Below are positions 30,497 to 44,886 of a DNA stretch of 64,000 bases, one piece after another. Numbering within the stretch: position 1 is the first letter of the stretch; each line of letters opens with the position of its first letter. The position numbers and the translations under genes are program-made. The DNA comes from Escherichia phage vB-Eco-KMB38, in the sequence record OR525701.1; one strand, written 5' to 3'. Below the pieces are notes generated by a model. That model ran no database searches. It was given only the letters and a program-made list of their open reading frames with translations, and was not told where the DNA came from.

Positions 30497-31939
30497 ATGA
30501 TCGAATTAAAAAGTCTACCATACGTTGATGGCCCTCCTGATGAGGGTCAAAAACGTTTAAACTGGATTAAAAATTCAGAAGAAATAACTGGCGCTGATAC
30601 GTTATACGGTTCTGAAGGAGTAATGAACCGTCCAATAACAGAAGTTCAACGAAATGTAGAAACAATTAACGATAACGTTAAGACTATCGCAGAATCTTTA
30701 GATATCGCTAATGCTGATATTGTCACAATTAAAAGTATCTTGGATGTTTCTGGTGATGTAGATGCTTTAGCACAAATTGGACATAACACTGATGATATTG
30801 AAGTATTAAAACACACCGTAAATTCACACGGTGTTGATATTTTAAACACTGAAGAAAAACTAGATGATACTATTGCTAATATCGGAGTAGTTAATCCAGA
30901 AACAGATTCGGTGTATCGTACGGTGCGTAACGACCTTCTTTGGATTAAAACCGAATTAGGGCAATATACTGGACAAGATATTAATGGTGTCCCAACCGAA
31001 GGTAATGAAAGCACCGGGATGAAACGACGTATTATTACTAACAGTTCAGTGTTGGTTGACCAAGGCGTTCGTTTAACCGAGTTAGAAAATAAATTTGCCG
31101 ATTCTGACGTTGGGGCTCTGACAACCGAAGTTGAAAACCTCCGTCAAGAAATAGGTCCTAGACCATCGTTAACAGTACCGGTTTACACTCGTTTATCCGG
31201 TATTGATTCATCCATTTCTATCCAAACTAGAGATATTGCGGCATTAAAAGATTTTGTTGGATATCCTAATTCAACCGCTATTAAAACTCAAGTCGAGGCC
31301 AATCGTCTTTCTATATCAACAATAAATTCAGACATTAACTCGCCTGGCGGTATTAAACCACGTTTGACAACGTTAGAAACTACTATAGGCTCTCCAGATT
31401 TACCAACTACTCTTCAGGGTAAGATCAAATTAAATACCGATTCCATTTCAGGTATTAACACAGTTTTAGGTGTTGATTCTTCTAGTGGTTTACGTTTTAA
31501 CGTAGCATGGCTCAATCAGGTGGTTGGCGTTGATTCAAATGGTGGACAACCTGAACCGGCTGGTTCACTTTTATATAGGACTCGTATTCTTGAAACTGGT
31601 GTTACTGACCTAGGCAATAACATTCAAAACGTTCAAACCGAATTGGGAACTAATTCGTCCGGTATTAAAGGACAAGTGACTAGTTTAAATAAACTTATAA
31701 GCGGCACTAACCCAAACGGTCAAACCATAGAAGAACGTGGTATATTGCCAACAGTTAAAAACCATGACACAACAATTATGGCTTTAACTACGCGTGTTAC
31801 CACTTTAGAAACAGACCTTGCTGCAGCAGAAGCAGAAATTCAGGCCCTTAAAGAGGCTGGATATATTGAAGATGCTCCTTCAGACGGTAAATTCTATGTT
31901 CGCAAAGATGGTGCATGGGTTGAACTTCCTACAGCTTAA
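30497..31939 (+). CDS. wac: Fibritin (whisker antigen control)
   Basis: 480 aa coiled-coil repeats; C-terminal foldon-like GYIEDAPSDGKFYVRKDGAWVELPTA. Confidence 0.9.
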   Translation: MIELKSLPYVDGPPDEGQKRLNWIKNSEEITGADTLYGSEGVMNRPITEVQRNVETINDNVKTIAESLDIANADIVTIKSILDVSGDVDALAQIGHNTDDIEVLKHTVNSHGVDILNTEEKLDDTIANIGVVNPETDSVYRTVRNDLLWIKTELGQYTGQDINGVPTEGNESTGMKRRIITNSSVLVDQGVRLTELENKFADSDVGALTTEVENLRQEIGPRPSLTVPVYTRLSGIDSSISIQTRDIAALKDFVGYPNSTAIKTQVEANRLSISTINSDINSPGGIKPRLTTLETTIGSPDLPTTLQGKIKLNTDSISGINTVLGVDSSSGLRFNVAWLNQVVGVDSNGGQPEPAGSLLYRTRILETGVTDLGNNIQNVQTELGTNSSGIKGQVTSLNKLISGTNPNGQTIEERGILPTVKNHDTTIMALTTRVTTLETDLAAAEAEIQALKEAGYIEDAPSDGKFYVRKDGAWVELPTA

Positions 31940-31971
31940 TGAAAAGGGCCTTCGGGCCCTAAAGGATTTAT

Positions 31972-32898
31972 ATGTCAGGTTATAATGCACAAAACCCTAA
32001 AGAATTAAAGGACGTAATATTACGTCGTTTAGGCGCTCCTATTGTAAATGTTGAATTAACTACAGACCAAATTTATGATTGTATTTCACGAGCGTTAGAA
32101 CTTTATGGTGAATACCATTTTGATGGGTTGAATAAAGGTTTCCATGTATTTTTTGTTGATGATGAAGAAAAATACCGTCACGGCGTATTTGATATGCGTG
32201 GTTCTAACGTATTTGCCGTAACAAGAATTATAAGAACAAATGTTGGCTCTATTACTTCAATGGATGGTAATGCAACTTATCCATGGTTCACTGATTTCCT
32301 TTTAGGAATGGCAGGTGTTTCAGGTGGTATGGGTAGTAATTGTGGTAAATTCTATGGACCGAACGCTTTTGGCGCTGACCTTGGGTATTATTCTCAATTA
32401 GTATCTTATATGGGTATGCTTCAAGATATGATTGCTCCTCTTCCAGATTTTTGGTTTAACTCTGCAAATGAGCAATTAAAAGTAATGGGTAACTTTAGAC
32501 AGAAAGATGTCATTATCGTTGAATCATATGTTCGCTCTTATATCGAGACCCATAAGATGGTAGGAAATACAGTAGGGTATGGACAGGTCGGTCCTCGTGA
32601 TTCATGGTCTATTTCTGAGCGGTATGATAATCCAGATCATAATTTGGTCGGACGTCGAGTCGGTGAAGATCCTGCAACTAAACAAGGCGCATATAACAAC
32701 CGCTGGGTTAAAGATTACGCGACTGCATTAGCTAAAGAGCTTAATGGACAAATTCTTGCTAAACATCAAGGTATGATGTTACCGGGTGGCGTCACTGTTG
32801 ATGGTGTTCGATTAATCGAAGAAGCTCGATTAGAGAAAGAAGCTTTACGAGAAGAGTTATATTTACTAGACCCTCCTGCAGGTATTTTGGTAGGTTAA
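31972..32898 (+). CDS. 13: gp13 neck protein
   Basis: 308 aa; synteny. Confidence 0.85.
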   Translation: MSGYNAQNPKELKDVILRRLGAPIVNVELTTDQIYDCISRALELYGEYHFDGLNKGFHVFFVDDEEKYRHGVFDMRGSNVFAVTRIIRTNVGSITSMDGNATYPWFTDFLLGMAGVSGGMGSNCGKFYGPNAFGADLGYYSQLVSYMGMLQDMIAPLPDFWFNSANEQLKVMGNFRQKDVIIVESYVRSYIETHKMVGNTVGYGQVGPRDSWSISERYDNPDHNLVGRRVGEDPATKQGAYNNRWVKDYATALAKELNGQILAKHQGMMLPGGVTVDGVRLIEEARLEKEALREELYLLDPPAGILVG

Positions 32899-32899
32899 T

Positions 32900-33664
32900 A
32901 TGGCAACTTATGATAAAAATCTTTTCGCCAAGCTAGAAAATCGTGGTGGGTATTCTCAGACAAATGAGACCGAAATCCTAAATCCATTTGTCAATTTTAA
33001 TAACTATGAGAATAGTCAGACATTAGCCGATGTTCTAGTGGCAGAAAGCATACAGATGCGCGGTATTGAATGTTTTTATGTTCCACGTGAATATGTTGCT
33101 GTGGACCTTATCTTTGGTGAGGACCTTAAAAATAAATTTACTAAAGCATGGAAATTTGCTGCATATCTTAACTCTTTTGAAGGTTATGAAGGAGCGAAAT
33201 CGTTCTTCAGCAACTTCGGAATGCAAGTTCAAGACGAAGTTACATTATCTATTAACCCAGGTCTTTTCAAACACCAGGTCAACAATCAGGAGCCTAAGGA
33301 AGGTGATTTAATATACTTCCCAATGGATAACAGTTTGTTTGAGATTAACTGGGTTGAACCGTATGACCCATTCTATCAAGTAGGTAAAAATGCGATTCGT
33401 AAAATTACTGCAGGCAAGTTTATTTACTCTGGCGAAGAAATCAATCCGGTGCTTCAGAAAAATGAAGGTATCAATATACCTGAATTTAGTGACTTGGAAC
33501 TTAACCCTGTTAGAAATCTTGACGGTATCCATGACATTAATATCGATGAATATTCTGAAGTTGAGCAAATCAATTCAGAGGCAAGTGAATACGTTGAGCC
33601 GTATGTAGTAGTTAACAACCGTGGTAGACAAAATTCACCCTTTGATGACGGATTTATGAATTAA
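32900..33664 (+). CDS. 14: gp14 neck protein
   Basis: 254 aa; synteny. Confidence 0.85.
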   Translation: MATYDKNLFAKLENRGGYSQTNETEILNPFVNFNNYENSQTLADVLVAESIQMRGIECFYVPREYVAVDLIFGEDLKNKFTKAWKFAAYLNSFEGYEGAKSFFSNFGMQVQDEVTLSINPGLFKHQVNNQEPKEGDLIYFPMDNSLFEINWVEPYDPFYQVGKNAIRKITAGKFIYSGEEINPVLQKNEGINIPEFSDLELNPVRNLDGIHDINIDEYSEVEQINSEASEYVEPYVVVNNRGRQNSPFDDGFMN

Positions 33665-33713
33665 TAAATAGATAAGATAAAGCAAACACCGGTCGAAAGG
33701 CCGGTTAGGAGAA

Positions 33714-34538
33714 ATGATGTTTGGCTATTTTTACAACTCGTCGTTCAGGCGATATATCACAATGATGGGCGATTTGTTTTCAAATATCCAAGTTAACCGT
33801 CAATTGTCTACAGGCAATAAATTAATTAGGGTTCCTATTACGTATGCATCTAAAGAGCACTTTATGATGAAACTTAATAAATGGACCTCTATAAACTCAC
33901 AAGAAGATGTGGCTAAAGTCGAAACTATTCTACCACGTATAAATCTCCAAATGGTAGATTTCGTTTATAACCCAACGTTTAAAACGAATATATTGAATAA
34001 CTCTCTTTTGAGTAAATCGACTAAGGATATTGTAGACCAATACAACCCATCACCAATTAAAATGATTTTTGAACTGAGCATCTTTACTCGTTATGAAGAT
34101 GATATGTTCCAAATCGTTGAGCAAATTATTCCATATTTTCAGCCGCATTTTAATACGACTATGATTGAGCAATATGGGCAGGATATTCCATTTGAAAGGG
34201 ATATTAAAGTCGTATGGATGGCAGCAGCAATGGATGAACAAATAGACGGTGATAATTTATCTCGTCGACGTTTAGAGTGGTCATTAACATTTGAAGTAAA
34301 TGGATGGATGTATCCTCCGGTAGGCGCAGCTGAAGGCCTTATTAAAACGACTTATCTTGATTTTCATGCTAATGAACGAGACCTTCAAACAGCCGCCAGT
34401 GTTTTTGAATCAGTTGATACAGAAATTAAACCGAGAGACGTTGAAGCACAAGATTGGAATGGCGAAGTTGAACAAACTTATACTCATGATATTCCAATCC
34501 CGACTCCACCAACCCCTCCTGGTCCTAGAAAACAATAA
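33714..34538 (+). CDS. 15: gp15 tail sheath stabiliser/completion
   Basis: MFGYFYNSSFRRY N-terminus as in T4 gp15. Confidence 0.9.
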   Translation: MMFGYFYNSSFRRYITMMGDLFSNIQVNRQLSTGNKLIRVPITYASKEHFMMKLNKWTSINSQEDVAKVETILPRINLQMVDFVYNPTFKTNILNNSLLSKSTKDIVDQYNPSPIKMIFELSIFTRYEDDMFQIVEQIIPYFQPHFNTTMIEQYGQDIPFERDIKVVWMAAAMDEQIDGDNLSRRRLEWSLTFEVNGWMYPPVGAAEGLIKTTYLDFHANERDLQTAASVFESVDTEIKPRDVEAQDWNGEVEQTYTHDIPIPTPPTPPGPRKQ

Positions 34539-36864
<2,326 letters not shown>

Positions 36865-36891
36865 AAATAAAGCAAATTAAGAGGAATTAAA

Positions 36892-38874
36892 ATGGCACTT
36901 CTCTCTCCGGGCGTTGAGCTCAAAGAAACTACCGTACAGAGTACTGTAGTTAATAACTCCACTGGTACTGCTGCCCTGGCTGGAAAATTCCAATGGGGAC
37001 CTGCATTCCAGATTAAACAAATCACCGATGAAGTTGCGTTGGTTGATATGTTTGGTACTCCTAATACGGATACAGCAGATTATTTCATGTCTGCTATGAA
37101 CTTCCTTCAATATGGTAACGACCTTCGTGTTGTACGCGCAGTCGATCGTGATACTGCTAAGAACTCATCTCCTGTGGCAGGAAACATTAATTTTACTATT
37201 TCTTCGGCTGGCACCAACTATAGAGTCGGTGATAAAGTTGTAGTTAAATATTCTACAGATATTATCGAACCAGACGGTGAAGTTACTTCGGTTGATTCTG
37301 ACGGTAAAATTTTGAATATCTTTATTCCTTCAGGTAAAATTATCGCTAAAGCGAAAGAAATCGGCGAATATCCTGAATTAGGTTCAAACTGGACTGCCGA
37401 AATGTCTGGGTCTTCTTCTGGTCTGTCTGCAGTAATTACTATTGATTCTGTTGTAATGGATTCTGGTATTCTGTTGACTGAAGTTGAAACTTCAGAAGAA
37501 GCTATTACTTCTCTAACTTTCCAAGAATCTATTAAAAAATACGGTGTCCCGGGTGTAGTTGCTCTTTATCCTGGTGAACTTGGCGACCAGCTCGAAATTG
37601 AAATCGTATCTAAAGCAGACTATGACAAAGGTGCTTCGGCCCAGTTAAAAATTTATCCTGATGGTGGTACTCGTGCATCTACTGCTAAAGCAATCTTTGG
37701 GTATGGCCCGCAAACTGATGACCAATATGCAATTATCGTTCGTCGCAACGACGCGGTAGTCCAGAGCGTAGTTCTTTCTACTAAACGTGGTGAACGCGAT
37801 ATTTATGGTAGCAATATCTTCATTGATGATTTCTTTGCTAAAGGCGCAAGCAATTATATTTTCGCTACGGCACAAGGTTGGCCAAAAGGTTTCTCTGGCG
37901 TAATCAAACTGAATGGTGGCTTATCATCTAATGAAACGGTTGAAGCCGGTGATTTAATGGAAGCTTGGGATTTGTTTGCTGACCGTGAATCGGTTAATGC
38001 ACAGTTGTTTATTGCTGGTTCTTGTGCTGGTGAATCTTTAGAAGTTGCTTCTACAGTTCAGAAACATGTTGTAGCAATTGGTGATTCTCGTCAAGATTGC
38101 TTGGTTCTTTGCTCACCGCCACGTGCAACTATAGTCGGTATTCCTGTTAATCGTGCAGTTGATAATCTGGTTGATTGGCGTACAGCGTCAGGAACTTACA
38201 CTGATAATAACTTTAATATAAGTTCTACTTATGCTGCTATTGATGGTAACTATAAATATCAATATGACAAATATAACGATGTGAATCGTTGGGTTCCATT
38301 AGCTGCTGATATCGCCGGTCTTTGTGCTCGAACAGACAATATTTCTCAGCCTTGGATGTCTCCAGCCGGTTATAACCGTGGACAAATTCTTAACGTTATT
38401 AAGCTTGCAATTGAAACTCGTCAAGCACAGCGTGATCGTTTGTATCAAGAAGCTATTAACCCTGTTACTGGTACCGGTGGTGATGGATATGTTCTGTACG
38501 GTGATAAAACTGCCACTTCTGTTCCTTCGCCATTTGACCGTATTAACGTACGTCGTTTGTTTAACATGGTTAAAACGAACATTGGTTCAGCATCCAAATA
38601 TCGCCTATTTGAATTGAACAACGCATTTACCCGTTCGTCTTTCCGTACAGAGACTTCTCAATATCTACAGGGTATTAAAGCTCTCGGTGGTGTATATAAC
38701 TTTAAAGTTGTTTGTGATACTACCAATAACACCCCAGCAGTTATCGACCGTAATGAATTTGTAGCTACTTTCTACTTACAACCTGCCCGCTCGATAAATT
38801 ATATTACGTTGAACTTTGTAGCAACAGCAACTGGCGCTGATTTCGACGAACTGATTGGTGCTGTAGGTGGCTAA
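36892..38874 (+). CDS. 18: Tail sheath protein
   Basis: MALLSPGVELKETTVQ; 660 aa. Confidence 0.95.
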   Translation: MALLSPGVELKETTVQSTVVNNSTGTAALAGKFQWGPAFQIKQITDEVALVDMFGTPNTDTADYFMSAMNFLQYGNDLRVVRAVDRDTAKNSSPVAGNINFTISSAGTNYRVGDKVVVKYSTDIIEPDGEVTSVDSDGKILNIFIPSGKIIAKAKEIGEYPELGSNWTAEMSGSSSGLSAVITIDSVVMDSGILLTEVETSEEAITSLTFQESIKKYGVPGVVALYPGELGDQLEIEIVSKADYDKGASAQLKIYPDGGTRASTAKAIFGYGPQTDDQYAIIVRRNDAVVQSVVLSTKRGERDIYGSNIFIDDFFAKGASNYIFATAQGWPKGFSGVIKLNGGLSSNETVEAGDLMEAWDLFADRESVNAQLFIAGSCAGESLEVASTVQKHVVAIGDSRQDCLVLCSPPRATIVGIPVNRAVDNLVDWRTASGTYTDNNFNISSTYAAIDGNYKYQYDKYNDVNRWVPLAADIAGLCARTDNISQPWMSPAGYNRGQILNVIKLAIETRQAQRDRLYQEAINPVTGTGGDGYVLYGDKTATSVPSPFDRINVRRLFNMVKTNIGSASKYRLFELNNAFTRSSFRTETSQYLQGIKALGGVYNFKVVCDTTNNTPAVIDRNEFVATFYLQPARSINYITLNFVATATGADFDELIGAVGG

Positions 38875-38906
38875 TAAGACGCCTGATGGGCTATTTCGGT
38901 AGCCCA

Positions 38907-38914
38907 TATAAATA
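38907..38914 (+). promoter_or_regulatory. T4 late promoter TATAAATA (gene 19)
   Basis: Exact TATAAATA after hairpin gggctatttcggtagccc. Confidence 0.6.
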
Positions 38915-38986
38915 TACTATATCGTTTAAAAATTAATTCTATGGGCATCCGGTTAATCCTAAGCCCATATTACTACAGAGGCTAAT

Positions 38987-39478
38987 ATGTTTGTAGATGA
39001 CGTAACTCGTGCCTTCGAATCTGGTGATTTCGCTCGCCCTAACCTGTTCGAAGTAGAAATCTCTTATCTTGGGCAAAACTTTAGCTTCCAGTGTCGTGCT
39101 ACTGCTCTTCCTGCTGCGATCGTTGAAAAGGTTCCTGTTTCTTATATGAACCGTAAAATTAACGTGGCCGGTGACCGTACATTCGATGATTGGACTATTA
39201 CAGTAATGAACGACGATGCTCATAGTATTCGTCAGAAATTCGTTGATTGGCAAGGTATTGCAGCAGGACAAGGTAATGAAATTACCGGTGGTAAACCTGC
39301 TGAATATAAAAAGTCTGCTATCGTTCGTCAATTTGCTCGTGATGCTAAAACGGTCACTAAAGAAGTTGAAATTGTTGGCTTGTGGCCTACTAACGTTGGT
39401 GAAGTATCTCTTGATTGGGATTCGAATAACGAGATTGAAACGTTCGAAGTAACTCTTGCTCTTGATTGGTGGGAATAA
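38987..39478 (+). CDS. 19: Tail tube protein
   Basis: 163 aa; MFVDDVTRAFESGDFARPNLFEVEI. Confidence 0.95.
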   Translation: MFVDDVTRAFESGDFARPNLFEVEISYLGQNFSFQCRATALPAAIVEKVPVSYMNRKINVAGDRTFDDWTITVMNDDAHSIRQKFVDWQGIAAGQGNEITGGKPAEYKKSAIVRQFARDAKTVTKEVEIVGLWPTNVGEVSLDWDSNNEIETFEVTLALDWWE

Positions 39479-39526
39479 TCTGGTTGGGGAGAAATCCCCA
39501 GCTTCCCGTGATGACGGAGAAGTCCA

Positions 39527-39534
39527 TATAAATA
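39527..39534 (+). promoter_or_regulatory. T4 late promoter TATAAATA (gene 20)
   Basis: Exact TATAAATA after hairpin tggggagaaatcccca. Confidence 0.6.
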
Positions 39535-39562
39535 TAACTATAATTCCCATTCGGAGAATACA

Positions 39563-41134
39563 ATGAAATTTAATATCTTAAGTTTGTTTGCTCCATGGGC
39601 AAAAATGGACGAACGTGATTACAAAGACCAAGAAAAAGAAAATTTAGAATCTATCACCACACCAAAATTAGACGACGGTGCTAAAGAATACGAAGTATCT
39701 GAAAATGAAGCACAGCAAACATATAATGCTATGTTTCAGAGAATGTTCGGTAGTCAAGAACCAGGGCTCAAATCAACACGTGAATTAATCGATACGTATC
39801 GAAATTTGATGACGAACTATGAAGTGGATAATGCAGTCTCTGAAATAGTTTCCGATGCTATCGTATATGAAGATGATACAGAAGTCGTTTCTATAAATTT
39901 AGACAACACAAAATTTAGTCCAAATATCAAATCAATGATGTTGGATGAATTTAACGAAGTGTTAAATCATTTATCTTTCCAACGTAAAGGTTCAGATCAT
40001 TTTAGACGTTGGTATGTGGATTCTCGAATTTTCTTCCATAAAATTATTGACCCTAAACGCCCTAAAGAAGGTATTAAAGAGCTTCGTCGTTTAGACCCAC
40101 GTCAAGTTCAATATGTCCGTGAAGTTATTACAACCACTGAAGCCGGTGTTAAAATAGTCAAGGGTTATAAAGAATATTTCATTTATGACACATCACACGA
40201 ATCTTATGCTTGTGATGGTCGCATATATGAAGCTGGCACAAAAATAAAAATCCCTAAAGCCGCGATTGTTTATGCCCATTCTGGTTTAGTTGATTGTTGT
40301 GGTAAAAATATCATTGGTTATTTGCATCGGGCTATTAAGCCGGCAAACCAATTAAAACTTCTTGAAGATGCCGTCGTAATTTATCGTATTACTCGTGCTC
40401 CTGATCGTCGTGTATGGTACGTTGATACAGGTAATATGCCTTCAAGAAAAGCAGCAGAACATATGCAACATGTTATGAATACGATGAAAAACCGTATTGC
40501 ATATGATGCTACTACAGGCAAGATTAAAAACCAGCAGCATATTATGTCGATGACCGAAGATTATTGGTTACAACGACGTGATGGTAAAGCAGTAACAGAA
40601 GTTGATACATTACCGGGTGCAGATAATACTGGAAATATGGAAGATGTACGTTGGTTCCGTAATGCGCTTTATATGGCTTTACGTATTCCTATTACCCGTA
40701 TTCCAAGCGACCAAGGTGGTATACAGTTTGATGCTGGTACTTCTATTACACGAGATGAATTGTCGTTTGGTAAATTTATTCGTGAGCTGCAACATAAATT
40801 TGAAGAGATATTCCTAGACCCGCTTAAAACTAATTTAATTCTTAAAGGAATTATTACAGAAGATGAGTGGAATGATGAAATAAATAATATTAAGATAAAA
40901 TTTCATCGGGATAGTTATTTCTCGGAATTAAAGGATGCTGAGATTCTGGAGCGTCGCATTAATATGCTTCAGATGGCCGAACCATTTATTGGTAAATATA
41001 TTTCTCACAGAACAGCTATGAAAGATATTCTTCAGATGTCTGACGAGGAAATTGAACAAGAGGCTAAGCAAATTGAAGAAGAGTCGAAAGAGGCTCGTTT
41101 CCAAGACCCCGACCAAGAACAAGAGGATTTTTAA
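39563..41134 (+). CDS. 20: Portal vertex protein
   Basis: 523 aa; synteny and size. Confidence 0.95.
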   Translation: MKFNILSLFAPWAKMDERDYKDQEKENLESITTPKLDDGAKEYEVSENEAQQTYNAMFQRMFGSQEPGLKSTRELIDTYRNLMTNYEVDNAVSEIVSDAIVYEDDTEVVSINLDNTKFSPNIKSMMLDEFNEVLNHLSFQRKGSDHFRRWYVDSRIFFHKIIDPKRPKEGIKELRRLDPRQVQYVREVITTTEAGVKIVKGYKEYFIYDTSHESYACDGRIYEAGTKIKIPKAAIVYAHSGLVDCCGKNIIGYLHRAIKPANQLKLLEDAVVIYRITRAPDRRVWYVDTGNMPSRKAAEHMQHVMNTMKNRIAYDATTGKIKNQQHIMSMTEDYWLQRRDGKAVTEVDTLPGADNTGNMEDVRWFRNALYMALRIPITRIPSDQGGIQFDAGTSITRDELSFGKFIRELQHKFEEIFLDPLKTNLILKGIITEDEWNDEINNIKIKFHRDSYFSELKDAEILERRINMLQMAEPFIGKYISHRTAMKDILQMSDEEIEQEAKQIEEESKEARFQDPDQEQEDF

Positions 41135-41364
41135 TGGACGATTTAATTCAAGCTATTAAATCAAACGACCTCGTTGCTACTCGAAAGTTTTTTGAAAGTG
41201 CAATGGCAGAAAAAACGGTTCGTTTGATTGAAGCGCGCAAAGCAGAAATCGCTTCTCAATTTTTGATTGAAGGCGAAGAACCTGAAGAAGAAAAGAAAGC
41301 TTCGGAAGACGACGCTGATGAAGGCGATGACGACGAAGACGAAGATGATGAGGACGATGAATAA
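41134..41364 (+). CDS. 67: Prohead core protein gp67
   Basis: 76 aa with acidic D/E tail. Confidence 0.8.
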   Translation: MDDLIQAIKSNDLVATRKFFESAMAEKTVRLIEARKAEIASQFLIEGEEPEEEKKASEDDADEGDDDEDEDDEDDE

Positions 41365-41789
41365 TGTATCTTATCCCTGAATCTTATGAATTGGTACTCG
41401 AAAATGTCGAAGCACTTATTCCTGAAGCACAGGGCCGAATCGATGCATTGTCTTCTGCTCTCGATATTGACGATATAAATACTATTATCGAGAACATGCT
41501 TGAAACTGAAACGGATTTAGCTGTTGCAATGGCTTCCATTATTAATGAAGAACAGTTAAATGAGTTTATCGTTAAACATGTTTCTTCTCGTGGTGAAGTC
41601 ACCCGCACTAAAGACCGTAAAACTCGCGAACGTAACGCGTTCCAAACCACTGGTCTTTCTAAAGCAAAACGTAGACAAATCGCTCGTAAGGTCGTTAAAG
41701 CTAAAAAAGCTAACCCTTCAGGCCAAGTTAAAGGCTTGCGTAAGCGTAAAAAGGCTCTTAAACGTCGTAAAGCATTAGGATTAAGCTAA
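41364..41789 (+). CDS. 68: Prohead core protein gp68
   Basis: 141 aa, basic C-terminus. Confidence 0.8.
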   Translation: MYLIPESYELVLENVEALIPEAQGRIDALSSALDIDDINTIIENMLETETDLAVAMASIINEEQLNEFIVKHVSSRGEVTRTKDRKTRERNAFQTTGLSKAKRRQIARKVVKAKKANPSGQVKGLRKRKKALKRRKALGLS

Positions 41790-42430
41790 TGAATAAACCC
41801 GAGTTACTTATTGAAACTTGGGGTCAACCCGGTGAGATTATTGATGGCGTTCCAATGTTGGAATCTCATGATGGAAAAGATTCTGGCTTAAAACCAGGGC
41901 TTTATATAGAAGGTATTTTTCTTCAGGCAGAGGTTGTTAACCGAAATAAACGTTTATATCCTAAACGCGTTTTGGAAAAAGCAGTAAGTGACTATATTAA
42001 AGAACAAGTCGCAACCAAACAAGCCCTTGGAGAATTAAACCATCCACCTCGTGCAAATGTTGACCCTATGCAAGCCGCTATCATTATTGAAGATATGTGG
42101 TGGAAAGGAAACGATGTATATGGACGTGCTAGAATTATTGAAGGCGACCATGGTCCCGGCGATAAATTAGCTGCTAATATACGAGCTGGCTGGATTCCAG
42201 GTGTTTCCTCTCGTGGTCTTGGTTCTTTAACCGACACCAATAAAGGGTACCGTATCGTGAACGAAGGATTTAAATTAACCGTCGGCGTAGATGCCGTATG
42301 GGGACCTTCTGCTCCAGATGCTTGGGTTACTCCTAAACAAATATCAGAATCAGAAAATTCGGTGGAAACCACCAAAAACAGTGCTGATGAAGCATTTAAA
42401 GCTCTCGCAGAGAGTTTAAAAGCATTATAA
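41789..42430 (+). CDS. 21: Prohead core protease
   Basis: 213 aa; synteny. Confidence 0.9.
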   Translation: MNKPELLIETWGQPGEIIDGVPMLESHDGKDSGLKPGLYIEGIFLQAEVVNRNKRLYPKRVLEKAVSDYIKEQVATKQALGELNHPPRANVDPMQAAIIIEDMWWKGNDVYGRARIIEGDHGPGDKLAANIRAGWIPGVSSRGLGSLTDTNKGYRIVNEGFKLTVGVDAVWGPSAPDAWVTPKQISESENSVETTKNSADEAFKALAESLKAL

Positions 42431-42433
42431 ATA
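42426..42433 (+). promoter_or_regulatory. T4 late promoter TATAAATA (gene 22)
   Basis: Exact TATAAATA overlapping the gene 21 stop. Confidence 0.6.
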
Positions 42434-42463
42434 ATAATGTAATCTAAACCACAGGACACTAAA

Positions 42464-43276
42464 ATGATCAAAGAACAACTTTTGAAAGAAGCTCAGAATA
42501 TCGAGACTTCAGTTGCTCTTAATAGTGTTTTCGAATCAGTAGAACTGTCTCCGGACGTTAAAGCTAATTTCAGCACTGTATTCGAAGCCACCGTTAAGCA
42601 GGAAGCAGTCAAACTGGCTGAATCTCATATTAAAGCCATCGCCGAAAAAGCCGAAGAAGAAGTTGAAAAGGCTAAAGAAGATGCTGAAGAGAAAGCTGAT
42701 AAAAAATTGGCTGAACAAGCTTCTAAATTCCTAGACCATCTTGCAAAAGAATGGCTCGCAGAAAACCAAATCGCAGTTGATAAAGGCATTAAAGCTGATT
42801 TGTTCGAATCCATGCTTGGTGGTCTGAAAGAACTGTTTGTTGAACATAACGTTGTTGTTCCAGAAGAATCTGTAGATGTTGTAGCAGAAATGGAAGAAGA
42901 GCTGGCCGAACATAAAGAAGAAACCGCTCGTTTGTTCGAAGAAGTTGCCAAACGTGATGCATATATCAATTACGTTCAGCGTGAAACCGCTATTAATGAA
43001 AGCGTAAAAGACCTGACTGAATCTCAGAAAGAAAAAGTTATTGGCCTGGTTGAAGGTATGGATTATTCTGACGCATTTGGTACTAAGTTAACTGCTATTG
43101 TAGAAATGGTTAAAGGTTCTACTAAAGAAGAAGCCGCTATTACCGAAAGTATAAATACAGTTGACAATGACGCTGCCGGTCTTAATTTTGTTGCCGAAGC
43201 AGTTGACACTACCACAACTCAGGTAGAACAGAATTCTAATGTAAGTTTATATGCGAAAGTCGCATCTCGTTTCTAA
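42464..43276 (+). CDS. 22: Prohead core scaffold protein
   Basis: 270 aa, highly acidic helical. Confidence 0.9.
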   Translation: MIKEQLLKEAQNIETSVALNSVFESVELSPDVKANFSTVFEATVKQEAVKLAESHIKAIAEKAEEEVEKAKEDAEEKADKKLAEQASKFLDHLAKEWLAENQIAVDKGIKADLFESMLGGLKELFVEHNVVVPEESVDVVAEMEEELAEHKEETARLFEEVAKRDAYINYVQRETAINESVKDLTESQKEKVIGLVEGMDYSDAFGTKLTAIVEMVKGSTKEEAAITESINTVDNDAAGLNFVAEAVDTTTTQVEQNSNVSLYAKVASRF

Positions 43277-43293
43277 TTTAAAGGTTAACACAA

Positions 43294-44862
43294 ATGACTA
43301 CTATCAAAACTAAAGCTCAGCTCGTAGATAAATGGAAAGAACTGCTGGAAGGTGAAGGCCTGCCGGAAATCGCTAATAGCAAGCAGGCTATTATCGCTAA
43401 AATCTTCGAAAACCAGGAAAAAGATTTCGAAGTATCCCCTGAATATAAAGACGAGAAAATCGCTCAGGCATTTGGTTCTTTCTTGACCGAAGCTGAAATT
43501 GGTGGTGACCACGGTTATAATGCTCAGAACATCGCAGCAGGTCAAACCTCTGGTGCAGTAACCCAAATTGGGCCAGCAGTTATGGGTATGGTTCGTCGTG
43601 CTATTCCTAATCTGATCGCTTTTGATATTTGTGGTGTTCAGCCTATGAACAGCCCTACCGGTCAGGTATTTGCTCTCCGTGCAGTATATGGTAAAGACCC
43701 TATCGCTGCAGGCGCTAAAGAAGCTTTCCATCCGATGTATGCCCCAGACGCGATGTTCTCTGGTCAGGGTGCTGCTAAGAAATTCCCAGCTCTGGCTGCT
43801 GACACTACTACTGTTGTAGGTGATATCTATACTCACTTCTTCCAAGAAACTGGTACTGTATATCTGCAAGCTTCTGCTGTCGTAACACTTGATTCTAGTG
43901 CGACTGATGCAGCTAAATTAGATGCAGAAGTTAAGAAACAAATGGAAGCTGGTGCACTGGTAGAAATCGCTGAAGGTATGGCTACTTCTATCGCTGAACT
44001 TCAGGAAGGTTTCAACGGTTCTACCGATAACCCATGGAATGAAATGGGCTTCCGTATCGATAAACAAGTTATTGAAGCTAAATCTCGCCAGCTGAAAGCT
44101 GCTTACTCTATCGAATTAGCACAAGACCTCCGTGCAGTACACGGTATGGATGCTGATGCTGAACTGAGTGGTATTCTGGCTACAGAAATTATGCTAGAAA
44201 TCAACCGTGAAGTTGTTGATTGGATTAACTACTCTGCACAGGTTGGTAAATCTGGTATGACCCTGACTCCGGGTTCTAAAGCTGGTGTATTTGACTTCCA
44301 GGACCCGATTGATATCCGTGGTGCTCGTTGGGCCGGTGAAAGCTTTAAATCTCTGTTGTTCCAGATTGATAAAGAAGCAGTTGAAATTGCTCGTCAAACC
44401 GGTCGTGGTGAAGGTAACTTCATTATCGCTTCCCGTAACGTAGTTAACGTACTGGCTTCAGTTGATACTGGTATTTCTTACGCTGCACAGGGTCTGGCTT
44501 CTGGTTTTAATACCGACACTACTAAGTCTGTATTTGCCGGTGTACTTGGTGGTAAATACCGCGTATACATCGACCAGTATGCTAAACAGGATTACTTCAC
44601 CGTTGGTTACAAAGGCGCTAACGAAATGGATGCAGGTATTTACTATGCTCCTTACGTTGCACTTACCCCACTGCGTGGTTCCGATCCTAAGAACTTCCAG
44701 CCGGTAATGGGCTTTAAAACTCGTTACGGTATCGGTGTTAACCCGTTTGCTGAAAGTTCCCTGCAGGCTCCAGGTGCTCGCATCCAGTCCGGTATGCCGT
44801 CTATCCTGAACAGCCTTGGTAAGAACGCTTACTTCCGCCGTGTATATGTAAAAGGCATCTAA
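43294..44862 (+). CDS. 23: Major capsid protein
   Basis: 522 aa; MTTIKTKAQLVDKWKELLEGEG N-terminal propeptide. Confidence 0.97.
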   Translation: MTTIKTKAQLVDKWKELLEGEGLPEIANSKQAIIAKIFENQEKDFEVSPEYKDEKIAQAFGSFLTEAEIGGDHGYNAQNIAAGQTSGAVTQIGPAVMGMVRRAIPNLIAFDICGVQPMNSPTGQVFALRAVYGKDPIAAGAKEAFHPMYAPDAMFSGQGAAKKFPALAADTTTVVGDIYTHFFQETGTVYLQASAVVTLDSSATDAAKLDAEVKKQMEAGALVEIAEGMATSIAELQEGFNGSTDNPWNEMGFRIDKQVIEAKSRQLKAAYSIELAQDLRAVHGMDADAELSGILATEIMLEINREVVDWINYSAQVGKSGMTLTPGSKAGVFDFQDPIDIRGARWAGESFKSLLFQIDKEAVEIARQTGRGEGNFIIASRNVVNVLASVDTGISYAAQGLASGFNTDTTKSVFAGVLGGKYRVYIDQYAKQDYFTVGYKGANEMDAGIYYAPYVALTPLRGSDPKNFQPVMGFKTRYGIGVNPFAESSLQAPGARIQSGMPSILNSLGKNAYFRRVYVKGI

Positions 44863-44886
44863 TCTTAATTGATTAAATCTTATTTT

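Noticed and set aside
41290-41364. Possible simple repeat (gaagacgacga/gatgatga) at the end of gene 67
   Set aside because: This is the coding sequence of the acidic D/E tail of the prohead core protein, not a non-coding repeat
42536-42969. Ser/Ala-rich minus-strand ORFs inside gene 22
   Set aside because: Low-complexity mirror frames of the highly acidic GAA/GCT-rich scaffold coding sequence
43277-43293. Late promoter directly upstream of gene 23
   Set aside because: No exact TATAAATA in the short 22-23 spacer; a promoter may lie inside the 3' end of gene 22 but could not be pinned down by eye
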